Of a stretch of 58,641 nt of DNA, positions 6,086 through 17,198 are shown one piece after another (position 1 is the first letter of the stretch; the number at the start of each line of letters is the position of its first letter). This DNA comes from Chloroflexota bacterium (lineage in GTDB: Bacteria; Chloroflexota; Dehalococcoidia; SM23-28-2; HRBIN24). The notes below the pieces were generated by a model. The model was given only the letters and a program-made list of their open reading frames with translations, searched no databases and was not told where the DNA came from. Position numbers and translations under genes: made by a program. The DNA is taken from assembly GCA_030550295.1 (NCBI GenBank), contig JAUQPQ010000002.1, positions 1 to 58,641 of the forward strand, in the 5' to 3' direction.

Positions 6086-8188
6086 TTAGCTACCGATCGC
6101 ACCACACCCAGGCGGCAAGTTAACAGGGAGCCCCACTATGTACCGCAGGATGAGGAGGGCGTCCACTGCGTCTACTTGGCCATCACAGTTGATGTCGCCT
6201 TTGACGGTGCCCACGCTGGTGGATGTGCAGTCGTAGTTATCGGGCTCGGTGTTGGTGTTGTCTAGGCCCTCGCCTACGCCGCCACAGGCCAGGTCAGCAT
6301 CATCGGCCCCTTCGTTGGCTTCGTCCACCACGTTGGTAGGATCGACCAGGGCGCCGTTGAGGATGTTACTACCCACGGGGGCCGTGACCTGGGCTGTTAT
6401 GGTGATCGTCTCTGTTCCTCCAGGTGGGGTGTTGAAGGGGCCGCAGCGGATGGTAGCCGCCCCTGGCCAGGGTGGGTCCCCGGCAAAAGAAGGTGCTATC
6501 TGGTCGCAGTCGCCCTCGGTGGTAGTGAAGGAAGTTACAGTGATGCCGCTACTTATGAAGTCGTCCACGTAGTAGTTGTTAGCCGCCGCCGTCCCCACGT
6601 TCTGGACCGTAATAGTGTAAGTGATGGTAGCACCAGAGGCCACGCTGATAGGCCCGCTCTTGGTGATGACCAGGTCGGAGCCTCCTACCTGGTGTAGAGC
6701 GCAATCGAAGTTGTCAGGTTCGGTAGCTACACCGGTATCCTGGCCCTCCCCTACGTTGCTGCAGTTGAAGTCGGGGTCGTCGGCGTCCTCGTTGAGCTCG
6801 GTGATCTCGTCCAGGGGGTCTACGGTGACTCCTTCTAGGACAGAACCTGAAGCGACGGTCACGGTAGCCTGGACGGTAAAGGTACGGGAGATGGGGCCAT
6901 TGGTGAGGAACTCTAAGTCGCACTCGATGGTGTTGCCGGCCACAGAGCAGTCTACCCCCGTGCCCTCGGTCACGTCGGTGATGCTAAGGCCGAAGGTGAG
7001 GCTGTCTTGCACCTTTACCACCCTGGCAGCAGCCCCTACCTTGTTCACCGTCACCTGATAGGTGATGGTAGAGCCCGAGGTCACCACCGAGCCCTCAGCT
7101 GGGTTGGCTGTCTTGGTCACTACCAGGTCTATAGAGCCCACCGTATGCTCGGTGCAGTCGAAGTTGTCCGGCTCATCATTGGGCCCTGCATCCGTCCCCT
7201 CCCCTACAGTTGAGCAGTCTAGGTCTGGGTCATCGGCGTCGTCATTGGTCTCGGTTATGTCGTTGTTAGGATCGACATAAACCCCTTGGCGGAGGGTGGC
7301 GCCAATAGCAGCGTTCGTGTTAACTCTCACTACTATGTCGAAGGTGGCTGTCAAGTCGTCCACGCTAAGGTTAGGGTCGTCCTCTTCAGGAAAGTCGACG
7401 GTACAGTTGGCCTGGGAGGGGGTATGGGTGCAAGATACGTTTGGGCCCGCTACCACATCTACGATGGCCACAGGCCCAGAGACCATGTCCCGCACAGGCA
7501 CCCCTAGGGCAGCGGCCCCGTTCTTGCGTACTGTCACCGTGTAGAGGACGGTGGAGCCGGGAGCTACCTGCTCGCTTTCGGCAGGAACCGCCGTCTTGGT
7601 AGCCATCAGGTCTATTGAGCCGATAGTGTGTATGAGACAGTCGAAGTTGTCCGGCTCATCAGGGGTCCCTGCATCCGTCCCCTCCCCTACAGTTGAGCAG
7701 CTAAGGGTGGGATGGTCAGCATCATCGTTGTCCTCTGTTAGTTGGTCTCCAGGGTCAGCTAGGGCGCCGAGGAGAACGTTGCCGCTGGGGGCAGTGACCC
7801 TCACCGTCACGTCTAACGTGATAGACTGTCCCGCCCCTAGCTGGTTGTTAAGTTGGCAGTCTATGGTAGTCACGGGGGGAGCAGTGCAGGTCATGGGGCC
7901 GGTGACGGACTCTATGTCGCCGTTGTCGGACTGAAGCCTCAAAGCGGGAGTGGCGTCAGTTGTGGATATAGCTGTATCCCCTGCGTTGCGCAACACCACC
8001 GTGTAGCGGATAAGGCTGCCCTGGGCCACCAACTCCGTGGTGGCAGGGCTGACGGAGGTGATGGTTACCTGAAAGTCCTTCCCTGGCGCAGCGCTCGTCT
8101 CCCTGACATCGTTGGCGTACAGGATGGAGACGACCGTCATCAGGACCAAAAGAGGCAACAAGATTATGCTCCTGCGCCATCTACCCAT
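6086..8188 (-). CDS. Secreted/cell-surface repeat protein: 4 Ig-like (DUF11-type) units with acidic two-Cys linkers, plus a C-terminal dockerin-like repeat
   Basis: Signal/anchor MGRWRRSIILLPLLVLMTVVSILYA. Four units of about 160 aa (e.g. DLVVTKTANPAEGSVVTSGSTITYQVTVNKVG). Each unit is followed by E-x-N-D-D-A-D-D-P-D-x-x-C-S-x-V-G-E-G-x-D...E-P-D-N-F-D-C. C-terminus GDINCDGQVDAVDALLILRYIVGL. Confidence 0.7.
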   Translation of the reverse strand: MGRWRRSIILLPLLVLMTVVSILYANDVRETSAAPGKDFQVTITSVSPATTELVAQGSLIRYTVVLRNAGDTAISTTDATPALRLQSDNGDIESVTGPMTCTAPPVTTIDCQLNNQLGAGQSITLDVTVRVTAPSGNVLLGALADPGDQLTEDNDDADHPTLSCSTVGEGTDAGTPDEPDNFDCLIHTIGSIDLMATKTAVPAESEQVAPGSTVLYTVTVRKNGAAALGVPVRDMVSGPVAIVDVVAGPNVSCTHTPSQANCTVDFPEEDDPNLSVDDLTATFDIVVRVNTNAAIGATLRQGVYVDPNNDITETNDDADDPDLDCSTVGEGTDAGPNDEPDNFDCTEHTVGSIDLVVTKTANPAEGSVVTSGSTITYQVTVNKVGAAARVVKVQDSLTFGLSITDVTEGTGVDCSVAGNTIECDLEFLTNGPISRTFTVQATVTVASGSVLEGVTVDPLDEITELNEDADDPDFNCSNVGEGQDTGVATEPDNFDCALHQVGGSDLVITKSGPISVASGATITYTITVQNVGTAAANNYYVDDFISSGITVTSFTTTEGDCDQIAPSFAGDPPWPGAATIRCGPFNTPPGGTETITITAQVTAPVGSNILNGALVDPTNVVDEANEGADDADLACGGVGEGLDNTNTEPDNYDCTSTSVGTVKGDINCDGQVDAVDALLILRYIVGLPVNLPPGCGAIGS
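7155..7217 (-). repeat. Intragenic 63-nt near-identical DNA repeat, copy 1 (linker module of the repeat protein)
   Basis: cagtcgaagttgtccggctcatca..gg..cctgcatccgtcccctcccctacagttgagcag. It matches 7638-7700 apart from a few mismatches around catt gggccc versus cagg ggtccc. Confidence 0.85.
7638..7700 (-). repeat. Intragenic 63-nt near-identical DNA repeat, copy 2
   Basis: Same sequence as 7155-7217, offset by 483 nt (161 codons). More diverged copies lie near 6225-6290 and 6700-6770. Confidence 0.85.
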
Positions 8189-8271
8189 TGTCCGACCCCC
8201 TTGCTAAATCATGTCCCTCCTATAAAGGGACAACGCATAGGGCCGCAGAATGTTACGCAACTTACGTCGCG

Positions 8272-8301
8272 TTGACAGAGGGCGGAGAAAGGGGTTAGAA
8301 T
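8272..8301 (+). promoter_or_regulatory. Sigma70-type promoter candidate for the bifunctional nuclease gene
   Basis: TTGACA (8272-8277), 18-nt spacer, TAGAAT (8296-8301), about 35 nt upstream of the start at 8335. Confidence 0.4.
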
Positions 8302-8334
8302 GCCGTTGCATGCTAGGGATGGGGGTAGGGTGCC

Positions 8335-8877
8335 GTGATCGAGATGGTAGTGGACAGCGTAAGGGTTAGCTTGGCTAGCTACCAGCGGGTGGTGATCCTG
8401 AAAGAGAAGTACGCTGACCGCTATTTGCCCATCTGGATTGGGCCAGCGGAGGCCGATGCCATTGCAGTGCGCCTGCAAGAAGTAGCGGTGGCCCGACCCC
8501 TTACCCATGACCTGCTGCGTTCGGTGATTGAGGCCTTGGGGGCCAGGGTGAGCCACGTGGTAGTCAACGACCTGGCCAACGACACCTTCTACGCCCGCAT
8601 ATATTTGGAAAGCAATGGCCGCCTATTGGAGATCGACTCCCGACCTAGCGACGCCATCGCCTTGGCAGTGCGTACCCAGTCGCCTATCTATGCCGAGGAA
8701 TCAGTCCTGGAGAGGGCTGGGGTTAGGCTAGAAGAGGAAGAGACAGGCCAAGAAGAGAAGCCAGCCACAGAGCCTCGCCGTAGCCTTAGCCCCGAGGAGC
8801 TGGAAAAGCTTTCTCCCTTCCGAGAGGTCATCGAGAGCCTAGACCTGGAGGACTTGGGCAAGGGCCCCGAGGCGTAG
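8335..8877 (+). CDS. Bifunctional nuclease family protein (DUF151/BFN domain)
   Basis: VILKEKYADRYLPIWIGPAEADAIA...RPLTHDLL...IDSRPSDAIALAVR, with an acidic C-terminal tail. GTG 8335, or alternatively ATG 8344. Confidence 0.75.
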   Translation: MIEMVVDSVRVSLASYQRVVILKEKYADRYLPIWIGPAEADAIAVRLQEVAVARPLTHDLLRSVIEALGARVSHVVVNDLANDTFYARIYLESNGRLLEIDSRPSDAIALAVRTQSPIYAEESVLERAGVRLEEEETGQEEKPATEPRRSLSPEELEKLSPFREVIESLDLEDLGKGPEA

Positions 8878-8889
8878 CTGGCGAGGGTA

Positions 8890-8918
8890 TTGGCCTCCAG
8901 GCATAGTAGTGATACAAT
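8890..8918 (+). promoter_or_regulatory. Sigma70-type promoter candidate for the ATP synthase operon
   Basis: TTGGCC (8890-8895), 17-nt spacer, TACAAT (8913-8918), 30 nt upstream of the atpZ start. Confidence 0.4.
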
Positions 8919-8924
8919 TCACAG
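8907..8924. promoter_or_regulatory. Rex-operator-like inverted repeat overlapping the atp -10 box
   Basis: TAGTGATACAATTCACAG versus consensus TTGTGAA-N4-TTCACAA gives 11 of 14 specified positions. The GTGA-N6-TCAC core is perfect. Confidence 0.35.
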
Positions 8925-8948
8925 GGCCAGGCCCATGGGGCGGCAGTC

Positions 8949-9167
8949 ATGGGTAAGTTGCCGCCTGCCATTCGTTTAGTGGGCCTCGGTTGGTATATTG
9001 CCCTGAGCATCGCCTTGCCAGTGGGGGGAGGCGTACTGCTAGACGCGCGGCTGGGCACGCGCCCGCTGCTGGCCATAATAGGCCTGGCTGCAGGGCTTCT
9101 TTTGGCCTTCTGGGGAGCTTATAGGATGGTGGTGGAGGCCACGAAAAAAGACGAGGGGAGGCGATGA
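8949..9167 (+). CDS. AtpZ/AtpI family small membrane protein
   Basis: 72 aa with two hydrophobic helices (LVGLGWYIALSIALPVGGGVLLD, LLAIIGLAAGLLLAFWGAY), immediately before atpB. ATGA overlap with the atpB start. Confidence 0.7.
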   Translation: MGKLPPAIRLVGLGWYIALSIALPVGGGVLLDARLGTRPLLAIIGLAAGLLLAFWGAYRMVVEATKKDEGRR

Positions 9168-10216
9168 GGGGTAGGGCCGTCCTGCTGGGCCTAGTGCTTT
9201 TGGCCATACTGGGTTTTGTATTTTTGCGTGGCCCCAGCCCTCACATCCAGATCAAAGCAGAGGTGCTCGCCTCCCTTGGGCCTGTAAACATCACTAACAC
9301 CATGGTGACTTCCTGGATAGTGGTGGCCCTCCTCATCGTCCTTGTCTTCCTCCTCACCCGGCGGTGGGAGCTGGTGCCCCGTGGCCCCCAGAACTTCGTC
9401 GAGGCGGTGGTGGAGGCCTTCTTCAACTTGGCATCCCAGATGGTGGGGGAGAGGCTAGCCCGTCGCTTCTTGCCTGTAACTGCCACCATCTTCTTCTTCA
9501 TCCTCTTTGCTAACTGGTTCTCCCTTGCGCCGGTGTTCAACGCCATAGGCCTGGTCAAGGAGGTGGTGCCTTCAGAGGAGGGTGCTGCCCACGAGGGGAA
9601 GGCCTTCGTCATGGAGAAGGTAGACTTGGGCCCCCTGCCCATAGCCTTTACCCTGCCCTCCAGCCCTGATAGGTTACAGGGGGAGGCTATTGAGCTGAAC
9701 GAGCCGGAGGCAGAGACGAAGGTAGAGGAGAAGCGGGCAGAGGGTAAGCTGGTGGGCGAGTTCTTGCCCTTCCTGCGCAGCATGAACACTGATGTAAATA
9801 TGCCCCTGGCCTTAGCCGTCGCCGCCAGTATCGCTGTGGAGTACTGGGGGATAAGCGCTCTGGGGCTTGGAGCTTACGGCCGCACCTTCTTCAACTTTGG
9901 CAAGCTGGGGAGGGGGCTGCGGTCATTGCGGCCTATGGCTATCATGGAGGGGGCGGTAGACGCCTTTGTAGGGCTATTGGAGCTGGTATCGCACCTGGTG
10001 CGTCTAGTGAGCTTCACCTTCCGTCTCTTTGGGAACATGTTTGCCGGGGAAGTGGTGATCCTTATGTTCACCTTCTTGGTGCCACTGCTCCTAACCCTGC
10101 CCTTCTATGGGCTAGAGCTATTTGTAGGGATCGTTCAGGCCTTTATCTTTGCTGCCCTCACCCTTGTATTTGGGCTGGGGGCAGTGGAGCACGCCGCTGC
10201 TGGGGAACATCATTAA
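9164..10216 (+). CDS. atpB: F0F1 ATP synthase subunit a, with an unusually long acidic loop insertion
   Basis: Essential-Arg motif FRLFGNMFAGE and its position in the operon. At 350 aa it is longer than I recall for typical subunit a proteins. Confidence 0.85.
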   Translation: MRGRAVLLGLVLLAILGFVFLRGPSPHIQIKAEVLASLGPVNITNTMVTSWIVVALLIVLVFLLTRRWELVPRGPQNFVEAVVEAFFNLASQMVGERLARRFLPVTATIFFFILFANWFSLAPVFNAIGLVKEVVPSEEGAAHEGKAFVMEKVDLGPLPIAFTLPSSPDRLQGEAIELNEPEAETKVEEKRAEGKLVGEFLPFLRSMNTDVNMPLALAVAASIAVEYWGISALGLGAYGRTFFNFGKLGRGLRSLRPMAIMEGAVDAFVGLLELVSHLVRLVSFTFRLFGNMFAGEVVILMFTFLVPLLLTLPFYGLELFVGIVQAFIFAALTLVFGLGAVEHAAAGEHH

Positions 10217-10230
10217 TGGGGAGGTGAACC

Positions 10231-10539
10231 ATGGACTGGCTCCTTTCCCTGCTGCCGCCAGTGACTGAGGCGCTGCGGGCTATAGCCCAGGAACAGACCA
10301 ACATGGTCTTTTCCGATGAAGGCCTGCGGTTCCTGGCGGCCGGCTTCGCTATGGCGCTGGGCGCTATAGGCCCGGCCATAGCCATTGGCAATATGGCCGG
10401 CAGGGCCATGGAAGCCTTGGGGCGCAACCCTGAGGCACAACCGGCCATCCAGACGAGCCTTATTTTGAGCCTGGCCTTTGCCGAGGCCATCGGTATCTAC
10501 GCCTTGGTAACGGCGGTGATGATCGGCTTCGTCTTCTAG
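10231..10539 (+). CDS. atpE: F0F1 ATP synthase subunit c
   Basis: Hairpin GFAMALGAIGPAIAIGNMAG...GRNPEA...LAFAEAIGIYALV (carboxylate Glu). GGAGGTG sits 5 nt before ATG 10231, which supports the roughly 24-aa N-terminal extension. Confidence 0.85.
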   Translation: MDWLLSLLPPVTEALRAIAQEQTNMVFSDEGLRFLAAGFAMALGAIGPAIAIGNMAGRAMEALGRNPEAQPAIQTSLILSLAFAEAIGIYALVTAVMIGFVF

Positions 10540-10550
10540 GGGGTGGGTGT

Positions 10551-11087
10551 ATGGCGTTTTTGGCGGGGTTCGTAGATGGGCTGAAGGCCCTGGGCATAAA
10601 CCTGCCCACCCTGCTGGCCCAGCTAGTGAATTTCACCGTCCTTTTAGTGGTGCTCTATCTTCTGGCCTACAAGCCGGTGATGCGCATGCTGGACGAGCGG
10701 CGCCGACGCATCCAGGAAGGGCTTGAGGCCTCAGAGGAGGCGAAGAGGCGTCTGGCCCAGGCCGAAGAAGAGGCAAGGGCCCAGATGGAAAGGACACGCC
10801 TAGAGGCCCAGGCCATCGTTGCCCAGGCCCAAGAGCTAGCCCGTCGTCTCCAGGAAGAGGCTAGGGCCCAAGCCCGCCAGGAGGCGGAGCAGATCTTGGC
10901 CCGGGCCAGGGAGGAGATCGTCTTAGAAAGGGACGCCGCCATCGCCCAGCTGAGGCGGGAGTTCGCCGACCTCACCGTGCAGGCAGCCGAGAGGGTTATA
11001 AGGCAGGCCCTAGACCGGGAAGCCCACCGCCGCCTTATTGAAGAGGCCCTTTCCCAATCACCTTTGGGCGATGGAGGGGGACAGTAA
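10551..11087 (+). CDS. atpF: F0F1 ATP synthase subunit b
   Basis: N-terminal TM helix (LLAQLVNFTVLLVVLYLLAY) followed by a long charged coiled coil; operon position. Confidence 0.85.
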   Translation: MAFLAGFVDGLKALGINLPTLLAQLVNFTVLLVVLYLLAYKPVMRMLDERRRRIQEGLEASEEAKRRLAQAEEEARAQMERTRLEAQAIVAQAQELARRLQEEARAQARQEAEQILARAREEIVLERDAAIAQLRREFADLTVQAAERVIRQALDREAHRRLIEEALSQSPLGDGGGQ

Positions 11088-11090
11088 GGG

Positions 11091-11630
11091 TTGATACGCA
11101 ATCCAGCAGCGAAACGTTACGCCGAAGCCATCTTCCAACTGGCCAAAGAGCAAGGACGATTAGAGGAGTGGGCCCAAAACCTGGAGATCATCGCCCAGGC
11201 CATGGGCCAACCCGACGTGGCCCGCCCCTTAGAGGATGCTCGCCTCCCCACGGAGGTGAAGATACGCATTGTAGAAGAGGCGATGTCTGGCCTTGACGGC
11301 CTAGCCCTCAACTTGGCCAAGCTCCTGGTCCTCAAGGGCCGCCCTTCCTTGGCCCCAGACATCGCCCGCGTTTACAGGGAGATGGTGGAGAGGGAGAAGG
11401 GGGTCATCCATGTACGGGTGCTCACAGCTATACCCTTGACGAGGGATGAACAGAAGGGGCTTAAGCAGCGCCTGGAGGAGGCCCTGCGGCGTTCTGTAGT
11501 GCTGGAAGTGGCAGTGGACGAGGAGATCGTAGGTGGGATCGTCCTACAGATAGGAGACAGGGTCATCGATGCCAGCACCAGGGCCCAACTGGAGGCCCTG
11601 CGGCGGCACTTGGCCGAGGCGCGCGTGTAG
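11091..11630 (+). CDS. atpH: F0F1 ATP synthase subunit delta (OSCP)
   Basis: AKRYAEAIFQLAKE N-terminus and GGIVLQIGDRVIDAS C-terminal motif. TTG start. Confidence 0.85.
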   Translation: MIRNPAAKRYAEAIFQLAKEQGRLEEWAQNLEIIAQAMGQPDVARPLEDARLPTEVKIRIVEEAMSGLDGLALNLAKLLVLKGRPSLAPDIARVYREMVEREKGVIHVRVLTAIPLTRDEQKGLKQRLEEALRRSVVLEVAVDEEIVGGIVLQIGDRVIDASTRAQLEALRRHLAEARV

Positions 11631-11639
11631 GAGGGAAAG

Positions 11640-13151
11640 ATGACGGTAAGGCCAGACGAGATAGCCTCTATCATCCGCCGCCAGATAGAGGAATTTAGCC
11701 CCACCATCGTAGCCGCCGAGGTGGGGACAGTCATTGAGGCCGGCGATGGGGTGGCCCGCATATGGGGGCTACGCCAGTGCATGTATAGCGAGGTCCTAGA
11801 GTTCGAGCGGGGGGTGCTGGGGTTGGCCCTCAACCTGGAAGAGGACACGGTGGGGGCCATCGTCCTAGGGGACTACACCATGGTGCGAGAAGGAGACGAG
11901 GTGCGCACCACGGGACGGGTCATAGAGACGCCTGTGGGCGAGGAGCTTTTAGGACGGGTAGTGGACCCCCTTGGCCGCCCCCTCGACGGCAAAGGGCCCA
12001 TCCGCTACCGCCGCACCCGCCCTGTGGAGCGCATCGCCCCCAACGTGGTGATGCGCAAAAGCGTGGACACCCCCGTCCACACCGGCATCAAGGCTATCGA
12101 CGCCATGATCCCCATCGGCAGGGGCCAGCGAGAGCTCATCATCGGCGACCGCTTCACAGGGAAGACGGCCATATGCCTGGACGCCATCATCGCCCAAAAG
12201 GGGGGCAACCTTTACTGCATCTACGTAGCCATAGGCCAGCAGGCCTCCAAGGTGGCCGAGGTGGTGGCTACCCTTGAAGAACATGGGGCCATGGAGCACA
12301 CCATTGTGGTGGCCGCTACCGCTGCCGACCCTGCCCCCCTCCAGTACTTGGCGCCCTACGCCGGCTGCGCCATGGGGGAGGAGTTCATGGAGCAGGGCAA
12401 AGACGCCCTCATCATATACGACGACCTCACCAAGCACGCCTGGGCCTACCGCCAGATGTCCCTCCTTTTGCGCCGGCCCCCTGGCCGGGAGGCCTACCCT
12501 GGCGACGTCTTCTACCTGCACTCCCGCCTGCTGGAACGGGCAGCCAAGATGGCGCCTGAGTATGGAGGTGGCTCCCTCACCGCCCTTCCTATCATTGAGA
12601 CCCAGGCCGGCGACATCTCCGCCTACATCCCCACCAACGTCATCTCCATCACCGATGGACAGATCTACCTGGAGACAGACCTCTTCAACGCCGGGGTGAG
12701 GCCAGCCATTAATGCTGGCCTCTCCGTCTCCAGAGTGGGAGGGGCAGCCCAGACCCGAGCCATGCGCAAGGTGGCAGGAGGCCTACGGCTGGCCCTGGCC
12801 CAGTACCGAGAGCTGGCCACCTTCGCCCAGTTCGGTACCGGTGAGCTAGATGTGGCCACCCGCCGCCAGCTGGAGCGAGGTATGCGCCTCACCGAGATCC
12901 TCAAGCAGCCCCAGTACCAGCCGCAGAAGCTCTGGCAAGAGGTGACCATCATCTACTGCGGCATCCACGGTTTCCTGGACGATGTGCCCGTGGCCAAGGT
13001 TCGCAGCTTCGAGGCCGCCTTCCACCGCTTCTTGGAGACCCAACACCCTGACATCGTCCGGGCCATAGAGGAGACGAAAGACCTATCGCCGGAGACGGAG
13101 GAGAAGCTGCGCCAGGCGATAGAGCAGTTCAAGGCAACCGTACCCTACTAA
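11640..13151 (+). CDS. atpA: F0F1 ATP synthase subunit alpha
   Basis: Walker [10 protein letters not shown], and alpha-type motifs throughout ([21 protein letters not shown]). Confidence 0.95.
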   Translation: MTVRPDEIASIIRRQIEEFSPTIVAAEVGTVIEAGDGVARIWGLRQCMYSEVLEFERGVLGLALNLEEDTVGAIVLGDYTMVREGDEVRTTGRVIETPVGEELLGRVVDPLGRPLDGKGPIRYRRTRPVERIAPNVVMRKSVDTPVHTGIKAIDAMIPIGRGQRELIIGDRFTGKTAICLDAIIAQKGGNLYCIYVAIGQQASKVAEVVATLEEHGAMEHTIVVAATAADPAPLQYLAPYAGCAMGEEFMEQGKDALIIYDDLTKHAWAYRQMSLLLRRPPGREAYPGDVFYLHSRLLERAAKMAPEYGGGSLTALPIIETQAGDISAYIPTNVISITDGQIYLETDLFNAGVRPAINAGLSVSRVGGAAQTRAMRKVAGGLRLALAQYRELATFAQFGTGELDVATRRQLERGMRLTEILKQPQYQPQKLWQEVTIIYCGIHGFLDDVPVAKVRSFEAAFHRFLETQHPDIVRAIEETKDLSPETEEKLRQAIEQFKATVPY

Positions 13152-13155
13152 GGCG

Positions 13156-15458
<2,303 letters not shown>

Positions 15459-15460
15459 AG

Positions 15461-15886
15461 ATGGCCCTCCTCAAGCTAGAGATCATCACCGCCGAAAGGA
15501 TCGTATATTCGGCCGAGGACGTAGAGAAGGTGGTGATCCCCGGCGTAGAGGGTGAGCTCACCGTTTTGCCCCGTCATGCCCCCCTCATGACCATGATCCA
15601 GCCGGGTATCCTGCGCATTGGGCGAGGGGGACAAGAGGAAGAGCTGGCCATCCATGGCGGCTTCATAGAGGTAAGGGAGAACAAGGTCACCATCTTGGCC
15701 GATGCCGCCGAGAGGGCAGAGGAGATAGACGTAGAGAGGGCTGAGGCCGCCCGGCGGCGAGCCCAGGAGCGGATGGCCCAACGCCGGATGGACGATATAG
15801 AGTGGGCCATGGCCCAGGCCGCCCTGAGACGGGCCTTGGCACGCCTCAAGCTAGTGGAAAGGGCACGACGCCGCAGGGGCAGGTGA
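15461..15886 (+). CDS. atpC: F0F1 ATP synthase subunit epsilon
   Basis: ORF 15362-15886 trimmed to ATG 15461, 2 nt after the atpD stop. N-terminal beta-sandwich (LKLEIITAERIVYS...) and a C-terminal helical hairpin. Confidence 0.85.
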   Translation: MALLKLEIITAERIVYSAEDVEKVVIPGVEGELTVLPRHAPLMTMIQPGILRIGRGGQEEELAIHGGFIEVRENKVTILADAAERAEEIDVERAEAARRRAQERMAQRRMDDIEWAMAQAALRRALARLKLVERARRRRGR

Positions 15887-15891
15887 AGCCT

Positions 15892-17190
15892 ATGCCCCCC
15901 TTCTGTGATCCCTCTCCCCCCTCTGGTGCCCTAGCCGTGGAAGGGGGATACCCCCTTCGGGGCATGGCTCAGGTGAGCGGCTCTAAGAACGCCGCCCTAG
16001 GGGCCATGGCCGCTGCCCTCCTCACCACCGAGGACTGCTACATAGAAAACGTCCCCAACATAGGCGATGTCCACTACATGTCCCAAGTGTTGCGCAGCAT
16101 CGGCGCCCGGGTAGAATGGGCAGCCCCTGGCGTCCTCCACATAGATCCCTCCCAGGTCCAGGACGTGGCTCCGCCCTCCCATTGGGTAGCAAGCATGCGA
16201 GGGAGCTTCCTGGTGATGGGTGCCCTGTTGGGTCGCTTCCGGAGGGCCGCCTGTGCCCCCCCAGGGGGCGACGTCATAGGCCAGAGACCCATCGACGTCC
16301 ATCTCCAGGGATTTGAGGCCCTAGGGGCACACGTCTGGCGTGATGAAGAGCGATTCGTGGCCGAGGCGACAGAGCTCAGGGGGGCACCCATCTTCATGGA
16401 TTATCCCAGCGTGCTGGGGACGCAAAACCTTATGCTGGCAGCTGCCACAGCCCGGGGCACCACCACCATCATCAACGCCGCCTGCGAGCCAGAGGTGGTG
16501 GCCTTGGCCCATATGCTCAACCGCATGGGGGCCCACATCGAGGGAGCCGGCACCCATACCATCACTATAGAAGGGGTTCCCAGCCTTAAGGGCGTAGTCC
16601 ACCGCAACATGCCTGACCGCATTGAGGCCGGCACCTTCGCCATCGCCGCCGCCATCACCGGTGGGGAGGTAGAGGTGCGGGGCTCTGCGCCAAAGCACCT
16701 TTGTGCCCTCATATATAAGCTCAGGCAGGCCGGAGTCGAGATAGAGATGGGAGAGGACTGGCTGCGGGTGAAAGGGGGAGGCACCCTAAGGCCCCTTGTC
16801 ATCCAGGCCCTACCCTATCCCGGCCTTGCCACCGACCTGCAAGCCCCCATGGCTGTCCTTTTAACCCAAGCCCATGGCATCAGCTACGTCCACGAACGCG
16901 TCTTCGACAATCGCCTCCTTTACGTAGGCGAACTGCGCAAGATGGGGGCGGAGGTGGTGACCATGGGCACCACTACCGCCGTCATCACCGGCCCCACCCG
17001 CCTGATGGGGGCATCGGTGAGAGCCCTAGACGTGCGGGCGGGAGCAGCACTGGTGCTAGCAGGACTTGTAGCCAAGGGTCGCACCATCATCTCAGACGTC
17101 CACCATGTAGACCGCGGCTACGAAGGGCTAGACAAGAAGCTGTGCGCCCTAGGGGCCAGGGTAGAGCGCCTCACCTTAGGACAGGGGTGA
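15892..17190 (+). CDS. murA: UDP-N-acetylglucosamine 1-carboxyvinyltransferase (Asp in place of the fosfomycin-target Cys)
   Basis: VSGSKNAALG and PGGDVIGQRPIDVHLQG, with two-domain MurA architecture. ORF 15802 trimmed to ATG 15892 after the atpC stop. Confidence 0.9.
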   Translation: MPPFCDPSPPSGALAVEGGYPLRGMAQVSGSKNAALGAMAAALLTTEDCYIENVPNIGDVHYMSQVLRSIGARVEWAAPGVLHIDPSQVQDVAPPSHWVASMRGSFLVMGALLGRFRRAACAPPGGDVIGQRPIDVHLQGFEALGAHVWRDEERFVAEATELRGAPIFMDYPSVLGTQNLMLAAATARGTTTIINAACEPEVVALAHMLNRMGAHIEGAGTHTITIEGVPSLKGVVHRNMPDRIEAGTFAIAAAITGGEVEVRGSAPKHLCALIYKLRQAGVEIEMGEDWLRVKGGGTLRPLVIQALPYPGLATDLQAPMAVLLTQAHGISYVHERVFDNRLLYVGELRKMGAEVVTMGTTTAVITGPTRLMGASVRALDVRAGAALVLAGLVAKGRTIISDVHHVDRGYEGLDKKLCALGARVERLTLGQG

Positions 17191-17198
17191 AAGATGAC

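Noticed and set aside
11372-11860. Numerous long antisense or out-of-frame ORFs in the track. Examples are 259-636(-), 10667-11101(-), 11372-11860(-), 11949-12521(-), 45964-46590(-) and 32104-32607(+).
   Set aside because: They lie entirely inside well-supported genes on the other strand or frame. They have Arg/Pro/Gly/Ser-rich low-complexity translations typical of shadow ORFs in GC-rich DNA, and no SD.
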